A stretch of 61,577 nt of DNA from the IMG/VR virus record IMGVR_UViG_3300033153_010015, positions 1 to 61,577 of that record; one strand, written 5' to 3'. Each line of letters opens with the position of its first letter. Position 1 is the stretch's first letter. Shown here piece by piece: positions 46,550 to 55,407 of this stretch. Made by a program: the position numbers and the translations under genes. Source of the DNA: a virus (Duplodnaviria > Caudoviricetes). Under the pieces are notes generated by a model. The model searched no databases and had not been told where the DNA came from. It saw only the letters and a list, made by a program, of their open reading frames with translations.

Positions 46550-46966
46550 TTACGGGTTGGTGGACAGGCCGCCAGTTACAATGAGGTTGCGCTTACGCAG
46601 GGTAGGCGCGGCGAGAGCGGCTTCCATCTGGGGCTGGGTAGCGCCGGATGCGGGAAGCTGCACGTCTTTGTAGTCGACTTCGCCGGACATCATGACACCA
46701 GCGACGACTTCGCCTCCGGCTGCCAGGACGATAGGCTCGGGCCATGCAAAACCGACGATAACCTCTGCGGTATCTTCGGTCTGGGCGCCGTCGACGTAGG
46801 CGAACGGGGTGAAGTTCGTGCCGTCGAAGGCAACAGGCTCACCACGCTCGATCGTGCCGGAACCGGCAGCAAAGTCCCGGTTCAGGACGGAGCGAGGATC
46901 GAAGCGGAGCTGACCAACAAAGGTGTCGCTCCCATCAGTCAGCAAGTCTTCAGGTACGAGAGCCAT
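46550..46966 (-). CDS. Head decoration protein
   Basis: Lies between the protease and MCP; lambda-D-like size and motifs. Confidence 0.7.
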   Translation of the reverse strand: MALVPEDLLTDGSDTFVGQLRFDPRSVLNRDFAAGSGTIERGEPVAFDGTNFTPFAYVDGAQTEDTAEVIVGFAWPEPIVLAAGGEVVAGVMMSGEVDYKDVQLPASGATQPQMEAALAAPTLRKRNLIVTGGLSTNP

Positions 46967-48228
46967 TACTTGGCCTCCTCATCTTCGTCCGCATACAGCT
47001 TGCCGAGCGCTTCGTCCATTTCGGACTGCTCAGAGGCTTCGCTCTTGGAGAGCGTGCGAGTACGTTGCGGTTTTTCCTCGTCAAGCTTCTTCTCGAGCTT
47101 GTCGTCGGCATCGGCTTCGGGAGCCTCACTGCCTTCGATCTTCTCGAGATACTTCTTGAGGGACTCAGGATCAGTAACGTCCACTTCAGCCTGCAGCTTT
47201 TTGAGCTCCAGTGCCTTCAGGTGGGCCTTAATGTCCTCGACCTTGGTGAGGTCCAGCGTGGGGGCTTCGGGAGCCTCCGGAGCAGGAACATCCTTGGTCT
47301 CGGGCTTCTCCACCTTTTCGAGCGTATCGAGGCGGGAGGTGATGCCCTCAAAGACGGACTTGGTGCCGTCCTGGATAGCTTTGGCCAACTCTTCAGCGGT
47401 CATGTCTATCTCCAGTTCTGGTTCGTTGTTTTGGGGCACCCTCCCGGTGAAGCTTTTGAGTAGGGCACCAAGCTGTTTGATCAGCCCAACGCTCTCCTCT
47501 TCAACCTCTTCGGTCTGGTACACACCGCCCATGGAAAGTCCTTGGAACTCTCCGCTTCTGTACTTCTCACGCAAATCTTCGTCGTCGATCTTAATGCAGA
47601 CGCCCCACCCTCCGGTCACATCGACGGAGTTGCCGGCGTAATCTTTCGAGTCGGTAAATCTCGGATCGCCAGGCTGGATGATGAAGGACTCTGCCACGAA
47701 GGCAGACCCTTTCTCCAGAGTCTTAAAGTCGTGTTTGATGTCGACGCCGTCGCCGGACTTCATGAAGCCGTGCATGATTTCCTTGATGGTATCGGCGTCG
47801 GCGAAGTCATTCTGGGAGTCGACCATGTCGGGGGCGTACATGACGCCGTAGACGAGGCCCTCCTCGGAAATATCCTGGCCTTCTTTGGTGAGGGCCGTGA
47901 CTTCAAAGTAGGTGCTGCGCTCTGCCACTTCGATCGGCTCGCCAACGAGCTCGCCCTTATCCAGGTCGTAGCCCTGCCGGTAGTTCTTGCTGTCGGCAGT
48001 GTAGACGACAGTCTTGGAGGCGGGGAAGACGTCACGCACCCAGACGTAGTCTTCGTCGGGAAACTCCTCAGATACGAGACCTTCAAGTTGGCCTCGGATG
48101 TCGTTGAACGAGGGATCGTCTTTGCCTCCATCTGCCTTGAACAAGGTCTGCAGCTTATTGGCACCCTTCGGGCAGAGGCTGATATGACTTACAGCGGCTT
48201 TTAGGATCTTGCGTTTCTTCTTGGCCAT
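46966..48228 (-). CDS. XkdF-like prohead serine protease / scaffold
   Basis: ISLC.KGAN, LVYGVMYAPD..DSQ.D, H, AESFI, W and GLSMGG; acidic coiled-coil tail. Confidence 0.85.
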   Translation of the reverse strand: MAKKKRKILKAAVSHISLCPKGANKLQTLFKADGGKDDPSFNDIRGQLEGLVSEEFPDEDYVWVRDVFPASKTVVYTADSKNYRQGYDLDKGELVGEPIEVAERSTYFEVTALTKEGQDISEEGLVYGVMYAPDMVDSQNDFADADTIKEIMHGFMKSGDGVDIKHDFKTLEKGSAFVAESFIIQPGDPRFTDSKDYAGNSVDVTGGWGVCIKIDDEDLREKYRSGEFQGLSMGGVYQTEEVEEESVGLIKQLGALLKSFTGRVPQNNEPELEIDMTAEELAKAIQDGTKSVFEGITSRLDTLEKVEKPETKDVPAPEAPEAPTLDLTKVEDIKAHLKALELKKLQAEVDVTDPESLKKYLEKIEGSEAPEADADDKLEKKLDEEKPQRTRTLSKSEASEQSEMDEALGKLYADEDEEAK

Positions 48229-48289
48229 TATGCTCTCTGATTATTGGTTATGGTCATACTATACCTAGAGTGCCGAGAATTACCACCCT

Positions 48290-48523
48290 CTAAGGATTTG
48301 AGGTGGGAATACCTGTCGAGAGGCCAGGAGGCAGTGCGAAGTACTCAGCAGTGACCTCGGGGTGGCCAAGGGCGACGAGAGCCCCATTGAGCTCTTCGAG
48401 GGTGTCGTGAGTTTGGCAACACACATCCTCGGCGCAGCACTCGACTGCACCCTTCGAGATGGTGATGATCGTACCTTTGGAGGGGCAGCCGATGATCATG
48501 TAGTTATGGACGGTTTGATCCAT
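48290..48523 (-). CDS. Hypothetical protein
   Basis: TAATG coupling. Confidence 0.55.
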   Translation of the reverse strand: MDQTVHNYMIIGCPSKGTIITISKGAVECCAEDVCCQTHDTLEELNGALVALGHPEVTAEYFALPPGLSTGIPTSNP

Positions 48524-49755
48524 TAGGTCAACGCCTCCGATACGGCAAACACGTTCAGGTCGAGGGTCTGGAACGTGTTGTTCGACGCGGGGGATACTTG
48601 GATGATCAGGCCCTCACTGTCTCCGCCTTGGATGAAGTGATTCAGCCCACTACGCTTCCATGCGCCAGACTCGCCGCTCACGAGATCTGGGGCTTCAGCC
48701 TGGTCGACCAGACGTTCGGCGATTGTACCGTCTCCGGGAGTGAACCCCGTTGCCGCATAAGTCCAGCCTTCTTTCTTGTGGTGGTACAGTTTGATATCAG
48801 AAGTACTATCGGTGAAGGCGGCCAACCATCCGAAGTCAAACCCTGTGATGGTAAAGTCCTGGTTCTGGGCGTCGAGGTACTTGCTCGTGCCGTAGTTGCA
48901 CGTAAGTGCGTAAGTGGTCGCATCATCCGGTACCAGAGCGAACGTGACGTCACCGGAGTACTTGCCGATGGCTTCAGCCAACTCGTCTGCTGTGAGGTTT
49001 CGAATATCGTCGATGATAATATCGGTCTGGCCTGTTACCTGAGGGACTGTCTCACTATCCTTGATCCCTGTAACAGTCAAGGCACACACGCCGTTTGCGG
49101 TGCCTGCGGCCTGAGGCACGACGCCGGGATGTGCTGCGTAGGTCCTGCCGGAATCACCAAACACGACAGACGGAGACCCTTGGTTCAGGGCGACAGAGGC
49201 TGACACCCAGTCGTAGAATCCGGATTTATCGTAGTTGCCTGCGCCGATGCCTTGACTTGAGAAGTGATAACTAGCACTGGCATTCCGTCGGACGTTGCGC
49301 ATAATGTCGGTCTCGAGGATTCCACTAGCCCCCACCACTACAGGGCTGCCGATGATGATTCTGGCATCAGGCTCGAGAGGCTTGGTTGCCGTGACCCCGC
49401 CCTTGTTGCCGGGATCTGGATCGGCGTATACGATACCGCCCGCGTCGAAGCCTGTGAGGTCTTGAGGGATCTGCCCCCTCTTGTACGCCTGGCCGCTGGA
49501 CTCATACGGGACGGCTTCGAGGGTGAACCCGATAGGTGCCGAGGAGAACTGAGGGCTGGAGGCGTCCAGTAGGATGGCCTTAACCTCGCCTGTGGCAGCA
49601 TTGTTGCCGAACGCGTTCAGGTTAGCGCCTGCAGGGAGCTCGACGCCGGTATCGTTGTAGAACGGTGTAGGCGGAGACGGTACGGCCTTGAGAGGTTGGC
49701 GTCCGGATGCTGCGGGGCCTGCGCTGATAAGTACTGAATTAGGGTCGAGTGCCAT
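48523..49755 (-). CDS. Putative virion (head fibre) protein
   Basis: Gly/Ala/Thr-rich beta protein; YNDTG.ELPAG motif. Confidence 0.55.
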   Translation of the reverse strand: MALDPNSVLISAGPAASGRQPLKAVPSPPTPFYNDTGVELPAGANLNAFGNNAATGEVKAILLDASSPQFSSAPIGFTLEAVPYESSGQAYKRGQIPQDLTGFDAGGIVYADPDPGNKGGVTATKPLEPDARIIIGSPVVVGASGILETDIMRNVRRNASASYHFSSQGIGAGNYDKSGFYDWVSASVALNQGSPSVVFGDSGRTYAAHPGVVPQAAGTANGVCALTVTGIKDSETVPQVTGQTDIIIDDIRNLTADELAEAIGKYSGDVTFALVPDDATTYALTCNYGTSKYLDAQNQDFTITGFDFGWLAAFTDSTSDIKLYHHKKEGWTYAATGFTPGDGTIAERLVDQAEAPDLVSGESGAWKRSGLNHFIQGGDSEGLIIQVSPASNNTFQTLDLNVFAVSEALT

Positions 49756-51059
49756 TAGATGACCTCCTCATAAATTGCTGTATTTCCTTCATGTTCAAGA
49801 TCGTTTCCGTCAAGCGTCAAAATGCAGCGACGGTCGCCCACTTCAATAACCCACAGACGCGGCGCCGCAATGAGCGTATCGTAGGCTGTACCGCATATGT
49901 ACTGAAAGGCTCCAAGCCAGAAAGTAACGCCATTGTTCGGGTTGAAATCGCGAATCGTTTCGAGCGTTATGTCGGAATAGATAGCATCGTCGCCAAACGG
50001 CCTTGCGACGTCCTCGAAGAATTTCGTCCCGATCGTCATTGCTCGCAGGTTCAAGTCGTGGCGTACCTTGATATTAGCGCAACGGCTGGCGGTTTCCAGG
50101 CAGTTCGTAGCTGCTGGTAACGTAAAGCCAGGATCAAGAATGCTGCCATCGAAGTTGAGAAGTCCCATACCGAAGATCATACCTTCCGCGTCTACCGCCG
50201 AGACCCAACTGAATCCTGGGCCGAAGTTTCTGAATCTACATTCGACCGCAAGACCTGCAACGTCAGTAACATTGGAGGTGTTCCATGCTACGAGAACATC
50301 GCCCGGCATGCCTCCAAGGTCGCACTTGAAGAACATCTCACGCATGGACTCGAGGTTGCCGCTGTTGTGGACCAGCCGGAAGTCTGCAGGCCCCTGTCCG
50401 GAAGCGACCTGGAAGAACATCTGATCGGCGATCCGCAGGCTCTCCATGGTACCGTTGGTGTGCTTCCAGGTCTTCATATTGGGAGTGCCGGCGAACATCC
50501 ACGTGGCGACCTCCAGGAGCGGGTAATTGTACGCGCCCATGTCCTTGGAGAGGGCAAAGTTGTTGGTGAACCCGAATTCGCCGTCAACGACTCTGGAGAA
50601 GTCGGGGCTGTCGATGGCGTCAACATCCATGAATGTGCAGCCGAAGAAAGCGCCGTTGAGGCTGTTCCACTTGATGGCGCCCCACTGATGTATCTTGGAC
50701 AGCTTCTCTCTGGTGCCGAGATTGTCGAACTTAAAAGGCTGGAAAACGGCAGTGCTTGAGATGCGGACATCGTAGACGTCCTCGGAGGCGTAGGTGTGCG
50801 AAATAGGCCCACTCACGCCGAGGTCAGAGTCCCCATCGCCCCAGTAGACGTCGTAAGGGCCTCCTACTGCCGGGATGGTGAACCCATTGAAATCGGCAAG
50901 GCTGAGGTCGACCTCGAAGATCATATCGTCAGCTGTAGCGCCAGGTGTAGAGGTATTGACCCCCGGATCCCAAACACCCCAGCCGGGCAGGACTCCAGCG
51001 CCTTCAGTGTCTGTACCGCTTTCCCAGCTCCTTCTATTGGTGTTGCCACTCCAAGGCAT
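49755..51059 (-). CDS. BspA/DUF285-like repeat surface protein with a PKD-like WGDG domain
   Basis: VYWGDG..SHTYA, IHQWG..KW.SL..AF.GC, MF repeats and WNTSNVTD. Confidence 0.75.
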   Translation of the reverse strand: MPWSGNTNRRSWESGTDTEGAGVLPGWGVWDPGVNTSTPGATADDMIFEVDLSLADFNGFTIPAVGGPYDVYWGDGDSDLGVSGPISHTYASEDVYDVRISSTAVFQPFKFDNLGTREKLSKIHQWGAIKWNSLNGAFFGCTFMDVDAIDSPDFSRVVDGEFGFTNNFALSKDMGAYNYPLLEVATWMFAGTPNMKTWKHTNGTMESLRIADQMFFQVASGQGPADFRLVHNSGNLESMREMFFKCDLGGMPGDVLVAWNTSNVTDVAGLAVECRFRNFGPGFSWVSAVDAEGMIFGMGLLNFDGSILDPGFTLPAATNCLETASRCANIKVRHDLNLRAMTIGTKFFEDVARPFGDDAIYSDITLETIRDFNPNNGVTFWLGAFQYICGTAYDTLIAAPRLWVIEVGDRRCILTLDGNDLEHEGNTAIYEEVI

Positions 51060-51099
51060 AGACCGACTCTCCAGACTTGTTTTTAGATCGTCCTACAGT

Positions 51100-51128
51100 A
51101 CGTTAACGATACATATATCGATTTTCAA
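51100..51128 (-). promoter_or_regulatory. Putative leftward late promoter in the divergent gap
   Basis: TTGAAA-N17-TAACGT. Confidence 0.5.
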
Positions 51129-51148
51129 GGCAGAACACGGAGAGAACT

Positions 51149-52585
51149 ATGTCCACACCAGAGACCGCACCCGAGCTGATGCAGGAAGTTGCCTTCATCG
51201 GATCCATAAACGGCAGAGGCCCTCAGCTCGAGCTACTCGGCCTCATAGACCTGGAGAAGTCGGTAGCCACAGAGGGCGGGGAGGAGGTCACTTCAGTCAG
51301 AGGACTGCGGGAGGGGCTGAACGAGTACCCCTTCAAGGCGTCGGGCATCAACAAGGCTACTTTCTCCAACCCCCACCACTCGAGCTGCCTGAGCGCCAAG
51401 GTCAACGCTACTGTAGGGCTGGGCTTCCTGTCCGACGAGGAGCGCAAGAACGGCCCTCAGGCCCTCAATAGCTCGGCTGTCAGTGGAGAGCAGGACCCCA
51501 AGAAGTCTGCAGCTACTTCCCTCCTGAACCCTTTCTACTTGCCGTCGAAGGTCGACGAAGTCCTCGACCCTGTTTGTGAGGTCTCCTGGAACAACACCCT
51601 CATGAGCGTCGGGCACGACTTCGTCCGGTCAGGCAATGGGTATTTCGAGGTGGCCAGAGAGAAGAGTAATCCGATCGACGGCAAGATCGTGGCTATTTGG
51701 TGGATCCCCTGGTCGAGCACTCGGCCGTACGTGGAAGACGATACCGGCAGGCATTGGCACTGGACCCTCCGCGACCTGAACTCAGGCTACATAGCCTTGG
51801 CGCAGTTCGGCAAGAAGAAAGAGATGATCGAACGCATCGAGAATAATACGTTCTCCGACGCAGGGGCCACCAACATCGGCGAGAAGGTTGATCCGTACGA
51901 CATCCATGAAGTCATCCACGTCCCCAACCCTATGGGACTGCACGAGATCTTCGGCTATCCTGAATGGTTGGCAGCATCTGCACCGATGGAACTCATCGGC
52001 GCCATGATGAAATACAAGTTTGACTTCTTCACCAACCGAGGTGTTCCGGAGTACGCACTGATCGTCACAGGCGGCAAGGTCAAGAAGGAAAACTGGGACA
52101 AGATCGTCAAGAGCCTGAATCGTCACGTAGGCGCCGGCAACAGTCATAAGAGCTGGGCACTGAACCTCGAGGACCCTGACGTTGTGGTAAAGATAGAGAA
52201 GCTGGCCATGGAGTCCACGGCCGACACAGGCATTTTCAAGGACAAGGAGAGCCTGCAGGCCGACGTCGTCACTGCCCACCGTATGCCGCCACTTTTGGGC
52301 AACATCCTCATCCCCGGCAAGCTCGGAGCATCCAACGAGTTCATCAACTCCCTGCTGTCCTTCCAACTGCTGACTATCAACTCCCTGCAGCGCATCTTCC
52401 AGCAGATCCTCTCGGCCACCCTCGGTGCCGGCGGAGGGCTCGGACTGGAGCGCAACGACTTCATCCTCCGCAAGATCACCGACCTCATCGACGTCGGCAA
52501 GGCTGAGACCATCAGCCGGATGCGTCAGGAGCTGCCTCAAGCCAAGGCCGAAGGCCGGGACGTCGACGAAGGACTTAAAGACTAA
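51149..52585 (+). CDS. Portal protein (PBSX-like)
   Basis: H.SCL.AK..GLG, GNGYFEV.R, G.PEWLAA, FFTN.GVP and AHRMPP.L. Confidence 0.9.
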   Translation: MSTPETAPELMQEVAFIGSINGRGPQLELLGLIDLEKSVATEGGEEVTSVRGLREGLNEYPFKASGINKATFSNPHHSSCLSAKVNATVGLGFLSDEERKNGPQALNSSAVSGEQDPKKSAATSLLNPFYLPSKVDEVLDPVCEVSWNNTLMSVGHDFVRSGNGYFEVAREKSNPIDGKIVAIWWIPWSSTRPYVEDDTGRHWHWTLRDLNSGYIALAQFGKKKEMIERIENNTFSDAGATNIGEKVDPYDIHEVIHVPNPMGLHEIFGYPEWLAASAPMELIGAMMKYKFDFFTNRGVPEYALIVTGGKVKKENWDKIVKSLNRHVGAGNSHKSWALNLEDPDVVVKIEKLAMESTADTGIFKDKESLQADVVTAHRMPPLLGNILIPGKLGASNEFINSLLSFQLLTINSLQRIFQQILSATLGAGGGLGLERNDFILRKITDLIDVGKAETISRMRQELPQAKAEGRDVDEGLKD

Positions 52586-53145
52586 TGGCCATCAAGAAGT
52601 TCCCAACACGGAGGGTCGTTCAAGGGCTTGCCAAGTTGGGAGCTCTTGAGGCGAAGAAGTATTCCGTCCCGAGGATCGAATCAACAACCCTCGCAGACAA
52701 CGTCAAGGTGGAGCATCGCCGCACAGGGCCTACCAAGTCGACGTACGCGGCCCACATCCCCCACTACTGGGCCGTATTCCGCAACGATGGAACCAAGGCC
52801 AAGAAGCTGCCGAAAGGGAAGTGGTTCGCGATCTTCCCCAACCCTCTGGACGATCCTCGGCACAGAGGCCGGTACCCGAAGCGCCTGGCCAACCGGAGGA
52901 AACTGACTCTGACGCGGAAGCGCATCAAGAGGCTGAAGAAGCAGGGGAAGATGTACTTCACGAATCGGATAAGCGCGGCAGAGGGTGATCACTTCTTCGA
53001 CAACGGCCCGGGGGGCAAGATGGCCCTCTTCGCTCCTGTAGGGGCTGCGGCCATCCTGAAGCAGTTCCGGGGCGACGTACTCGAATTCCTCGGGGACGAC
53101 TTCAAGATCGATGAGTATGGGATTACCCTGAACCTCGGTCTGTAG
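52585..53145 (+). CDS. Putative neck / tail completion protein (HK97 gp10-like)
   Basis: Basic; AKKY.VP..L..N, HYWAVF.NDGT. Confidence 0.5.
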   Translation: MAIKKFPTRRVVQGLAKLGALEAKKYSVPRIESTTLADNVKVEHRRTGPTKSTYAAHIPHYWAVFRNDGTKAKKLPKGKWFAIFPNPLDDPRHRGRYPKRLANRRKLTLTRKRIKRLKKQGKMYFTNRISAAEGDHFFDNGPGGKMALFAPVGAAAILKQFRGDVLEFLGDDFKIDEYGITLNLGL

Positions 53146-53150
53146 GCACG

Positions 53151-53182
53151 AAAAAACCCTCGGGAGGTATTAAACCCGAGGG
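53151..53182 (-). terminator. Rho-independent terminator at the convergence point
   Basis: CCCTCGGG...CCCGAGGG followed by TTTTTT on the minus strand. Confidence 0.8.
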
Positions 53183-53208
53183 CGAAGGGATTTTGAACGG
53201 GAGCTACG

Positions 53209-53568
53209 TCAGCATCGCGGGGGCCTGAACTGACTCGCAAAGGTTACAGGCAGAGCATTCGTAGTGCTGATGGTGAAGTTGTCTTTCCCGTGAAACCTGT
53301 AAGCTATAGATCGTTCGGGTTCGAAGCGGATGGTGGTGAGGTTTTTATTATAGACCACATCCGACTGGAGGGACGACTCTGCCGGTGGCGAGACGAGAAC
53401 AGCGACCTCGAAGGCGACTGCGTAATCTGCGACCATTACCGGGCAGGTAGAGGGCATAGCTGCGATTGCACACGCTTTGCTGTCCGGAGATGCGGCGTAC
53501 ATGGTTGGAGCCATGCAGACAGCACTGAGGAGCAACAGAGCGAGTAGTGGGCGGAATCCTTTGATCAT
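53209..53568 (-). CDS. Hypothetical exported protein
   Basis: Signal-peptide-like N-terminus; own promoter and terminator. Confidence 0.55.
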   Translation of the reverse strand: MIKGFRPLLALLLLSAVCMAPTMYAASPDSKACAIAAMPSTCPVMVADYAVAFEVAVLVSPPAESSLQSDVVYNKNLTTIRFEPERSIAYRFHGKDNFTISTTNALPVTFASQFRPPRC

Positions 53569-53618
53569 AAGGTATCCTTGTTTGGGTTCTTCTTCTTGGC
53601 GACGTGCCTGAAAGCTAT

Positions 53619-53647
53619 ACTTTAGCCTTTGGCGGGTGAGTTTTCAA
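53619..53647 (-). promoter_or_regulatory. Putative promoter
   Basis: TTGAAA-N17-TAAAGT. Confidence 0.55.
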
Positions 53648-54005
53648 GTTGTGTATCGAGCTTACGGTGGTGAAACGCTCGAAGATTACAGGCCACCGCC
53701 GTCTTGACTTCCTCCGAGACTTCAGGGAACCAGACGAGGCCTTTGATGTAGTTCTCGACGACATCCGACTTGGCGATTTCTTTCTCGGTCTCCAATTCGG
53801 GAAACTCGTAGGCGTTGGAGCCTACCTCCTTAACGATTACCTCGAACTTGTCGCCATCTAACTCTACAGGAAGGAGGCACTGAGATGCACTCATCTCGAG
53901 CATGTGCTCCACCATCTTGATGGCGGCTGCACTGCCTGCTGCTTGTACTTCTTCCAACTCTTCACATATACTACTTCTCCTCTCGTTTATATCGTTTAGC
54001 TGCAA
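53622..54005 (-). CDS. Hypothetical protein (start uncertain)
   Basis: ORF on the coding strand. Confidence 0.5.
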   Translation of the reverse strand: MQLNDINERRSSICEELEEVQAAGSAAAIKMVEHMLEMSASQCLLPVELDGDKFEVIVKEVGSNAYEFPELETEKEIAKSDVVENYIKGLVWFPEVSEEVKTAVACNLRAFHHRKLDTQLENSPAKG

Positions 54006-54597
54006 ACAGCGCCAACCCTACGCTGTCCAAAACGTGTTTCCATTCGCCTTTACCTAAGACGTGCGGAGTCTTCATGCCCTTGGCCGACACTTTAGTGCAG
54101 GTGTACTCGGCATCGATCGGCCATACGGAGGTGCCCGACTTCTCGAACTTCCACCCCATGGCCGCACAGATTCGGGCTTGGTGGATGTCCTTCGGCACTT
54201 GACCCTTCCACGCACCCGGCAGTACTAGGACGGTGTTCAGGTTGCAGAGGGCCTCAGTGATGACGGCCAGTGCCCCTGACATGGGAGCCAGGTCGACGAC
54301 GTTCTGCTTCCTGGCCTGGTTGGTCTTGCCCGTGTATGAGATGTCCATTGCTTCTACGGCTGCCAGCCCACTCAGCTTGGGGCCAGGAGCTATCATATCG
54401 TTGGCGAGCAAGACCCTGGCCAACTCCGGTACGCACTGCAGCGCACGTATCTTGCCAGGCACTTTGAACAGCACTATCTGAGGCGTATCGAACCTCCGGA
54501 GTCTCACGACGGAGATATTATGGGAGTCAGGATCGGCCCCCATAAACGTCGGACCCGGAGGAAGGTCTTCGAACTGAAAGACCTGTTTAGAAGCCAC
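53971..54597 (-). CDS. RuvC-like Holliday junction resolvase
   Basis: MGADPD, AAVE, P..WKG..PK and HVLDSVGLALFA. Confidence 0.75.
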   Translation of the reverse strand: MASKQVFQFEDLPPGPTFMGADPDSHNISVVRLRRFDTPQIVLFKVPGKIRALQCVPELARVLLANDMIAPGPKLSGLAAVEAMDISYTGKTNQARKQNVVDLAPMSGALAVITEALCNLNTVLVLPGAWKGQVPKDIHQARICAAMGWKFEKSGTSVWPIDAEYTCTKVSAKGMKTPHVLGKGEWKHVLDSVGLALFAAKRYKREEK

Positions 54598-55123
54598 AGC
54601 GCATTCTCTGAATCATGTTCGATACGTACTGAGCCTGGTGGATGGCGTCGTTCAGGGCGTTGTGGGCGTCTCCCTCGGGCATCTTGGGGCGGCGCATGAC
54701 GTCGCTGGCCAGATCGACTACGGTGCGGACGTCCCGAATGTTACGGAACTTCCAGGGGGTCTTCTTGCAGAACCCGTTGCGTTCGTACGCGTCGGTCAGG
54801 ATGCCGATGTCGAAGTTTGCGCCGTTGCCCCACACACAGGCACACGGATCGATGAAGGACCGCAGGCCGTCGAGGGCGTGCATCAGCTCTACACCGTCAT
54901 CTTTCACCATCTCTGCCCGGGCGTCGTCGGACTGCTTGAGCCACCACTTGACCGTGCTGGGGTCGAGGATTCTGCCCTCTTGGGGCTGCTCCCAGTCGAC
55001 GATGGCGTAGTACTTCTCTCCGATGTCGCTGGTGGTGCGGTCGAAGTATGCTGCGCCGATTGAGGTGATCACGGCCTTATGTCCGGTTCCCATAGTCTCG
55101 ATGTCGATCATTACGTCGTTCAT
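54587..55123 (-). CDS. 3'-5' exonuclease (DEDDh, DUF5051-like)
   Basis: VMIDIETMG, VWGNGANFD, RDVRT and HNALNDA. Confidence 0.9.
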   Translation of the reverse strand: MNDVMIDIETMGTGHKAVITSIGAAYFDRTTSDIGEKYYAIVDWEQPQEGRILDPSTVKWWLKQSDDARAEMVKDDGVELMHALDGLRSFIDPCACVWGNGANFDIGILTDAYERNGFCKKTPWKFRNIRDVRTVVDLASDVMRRPKMPEGDAHNALNDAIHQAQYVSNMIQRMRCGF

Positions 55124-55407
55124 GCGTACTCCTGCTCGGTTAGGGTGATCCAGATGGAGTCACCGTCGATGGTGGTTGTGAGTTTGAAGCCTGCCGGCGC
55201 GGTGTAGTGGTCGGTCAGGTACGCACGGACGGCACGACGCACGTTGGACACGTCCTCGTCGTCTTCGACGTCAACGATAACGCTGCCGTCTTTCATCATT
55301 GAAGCCTCCTTCTTGTTGACGAGGTCCAGCACGTACTGGTACTTGCCTGCCGGTCGGTTGGGTCGTTTCTGCTCTCGCTTCTCGGAGATGTATCGGGGGG
55401 ACTTCAT
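55120..55407 (-). CDS. Hypothetical protein
   Basis: ATGA coupling to the polymerase stop. Confidence 0.65.
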   Translation of the reverse strand: MKSPRYISEKREQKRPNRPAGKYQYVLDLVNKKEASMMKDGSVIVDVEDDEDVSNVRRAVRAYLTDHYTAPAGFKLTTTIDGDSIWITLTEQEYA

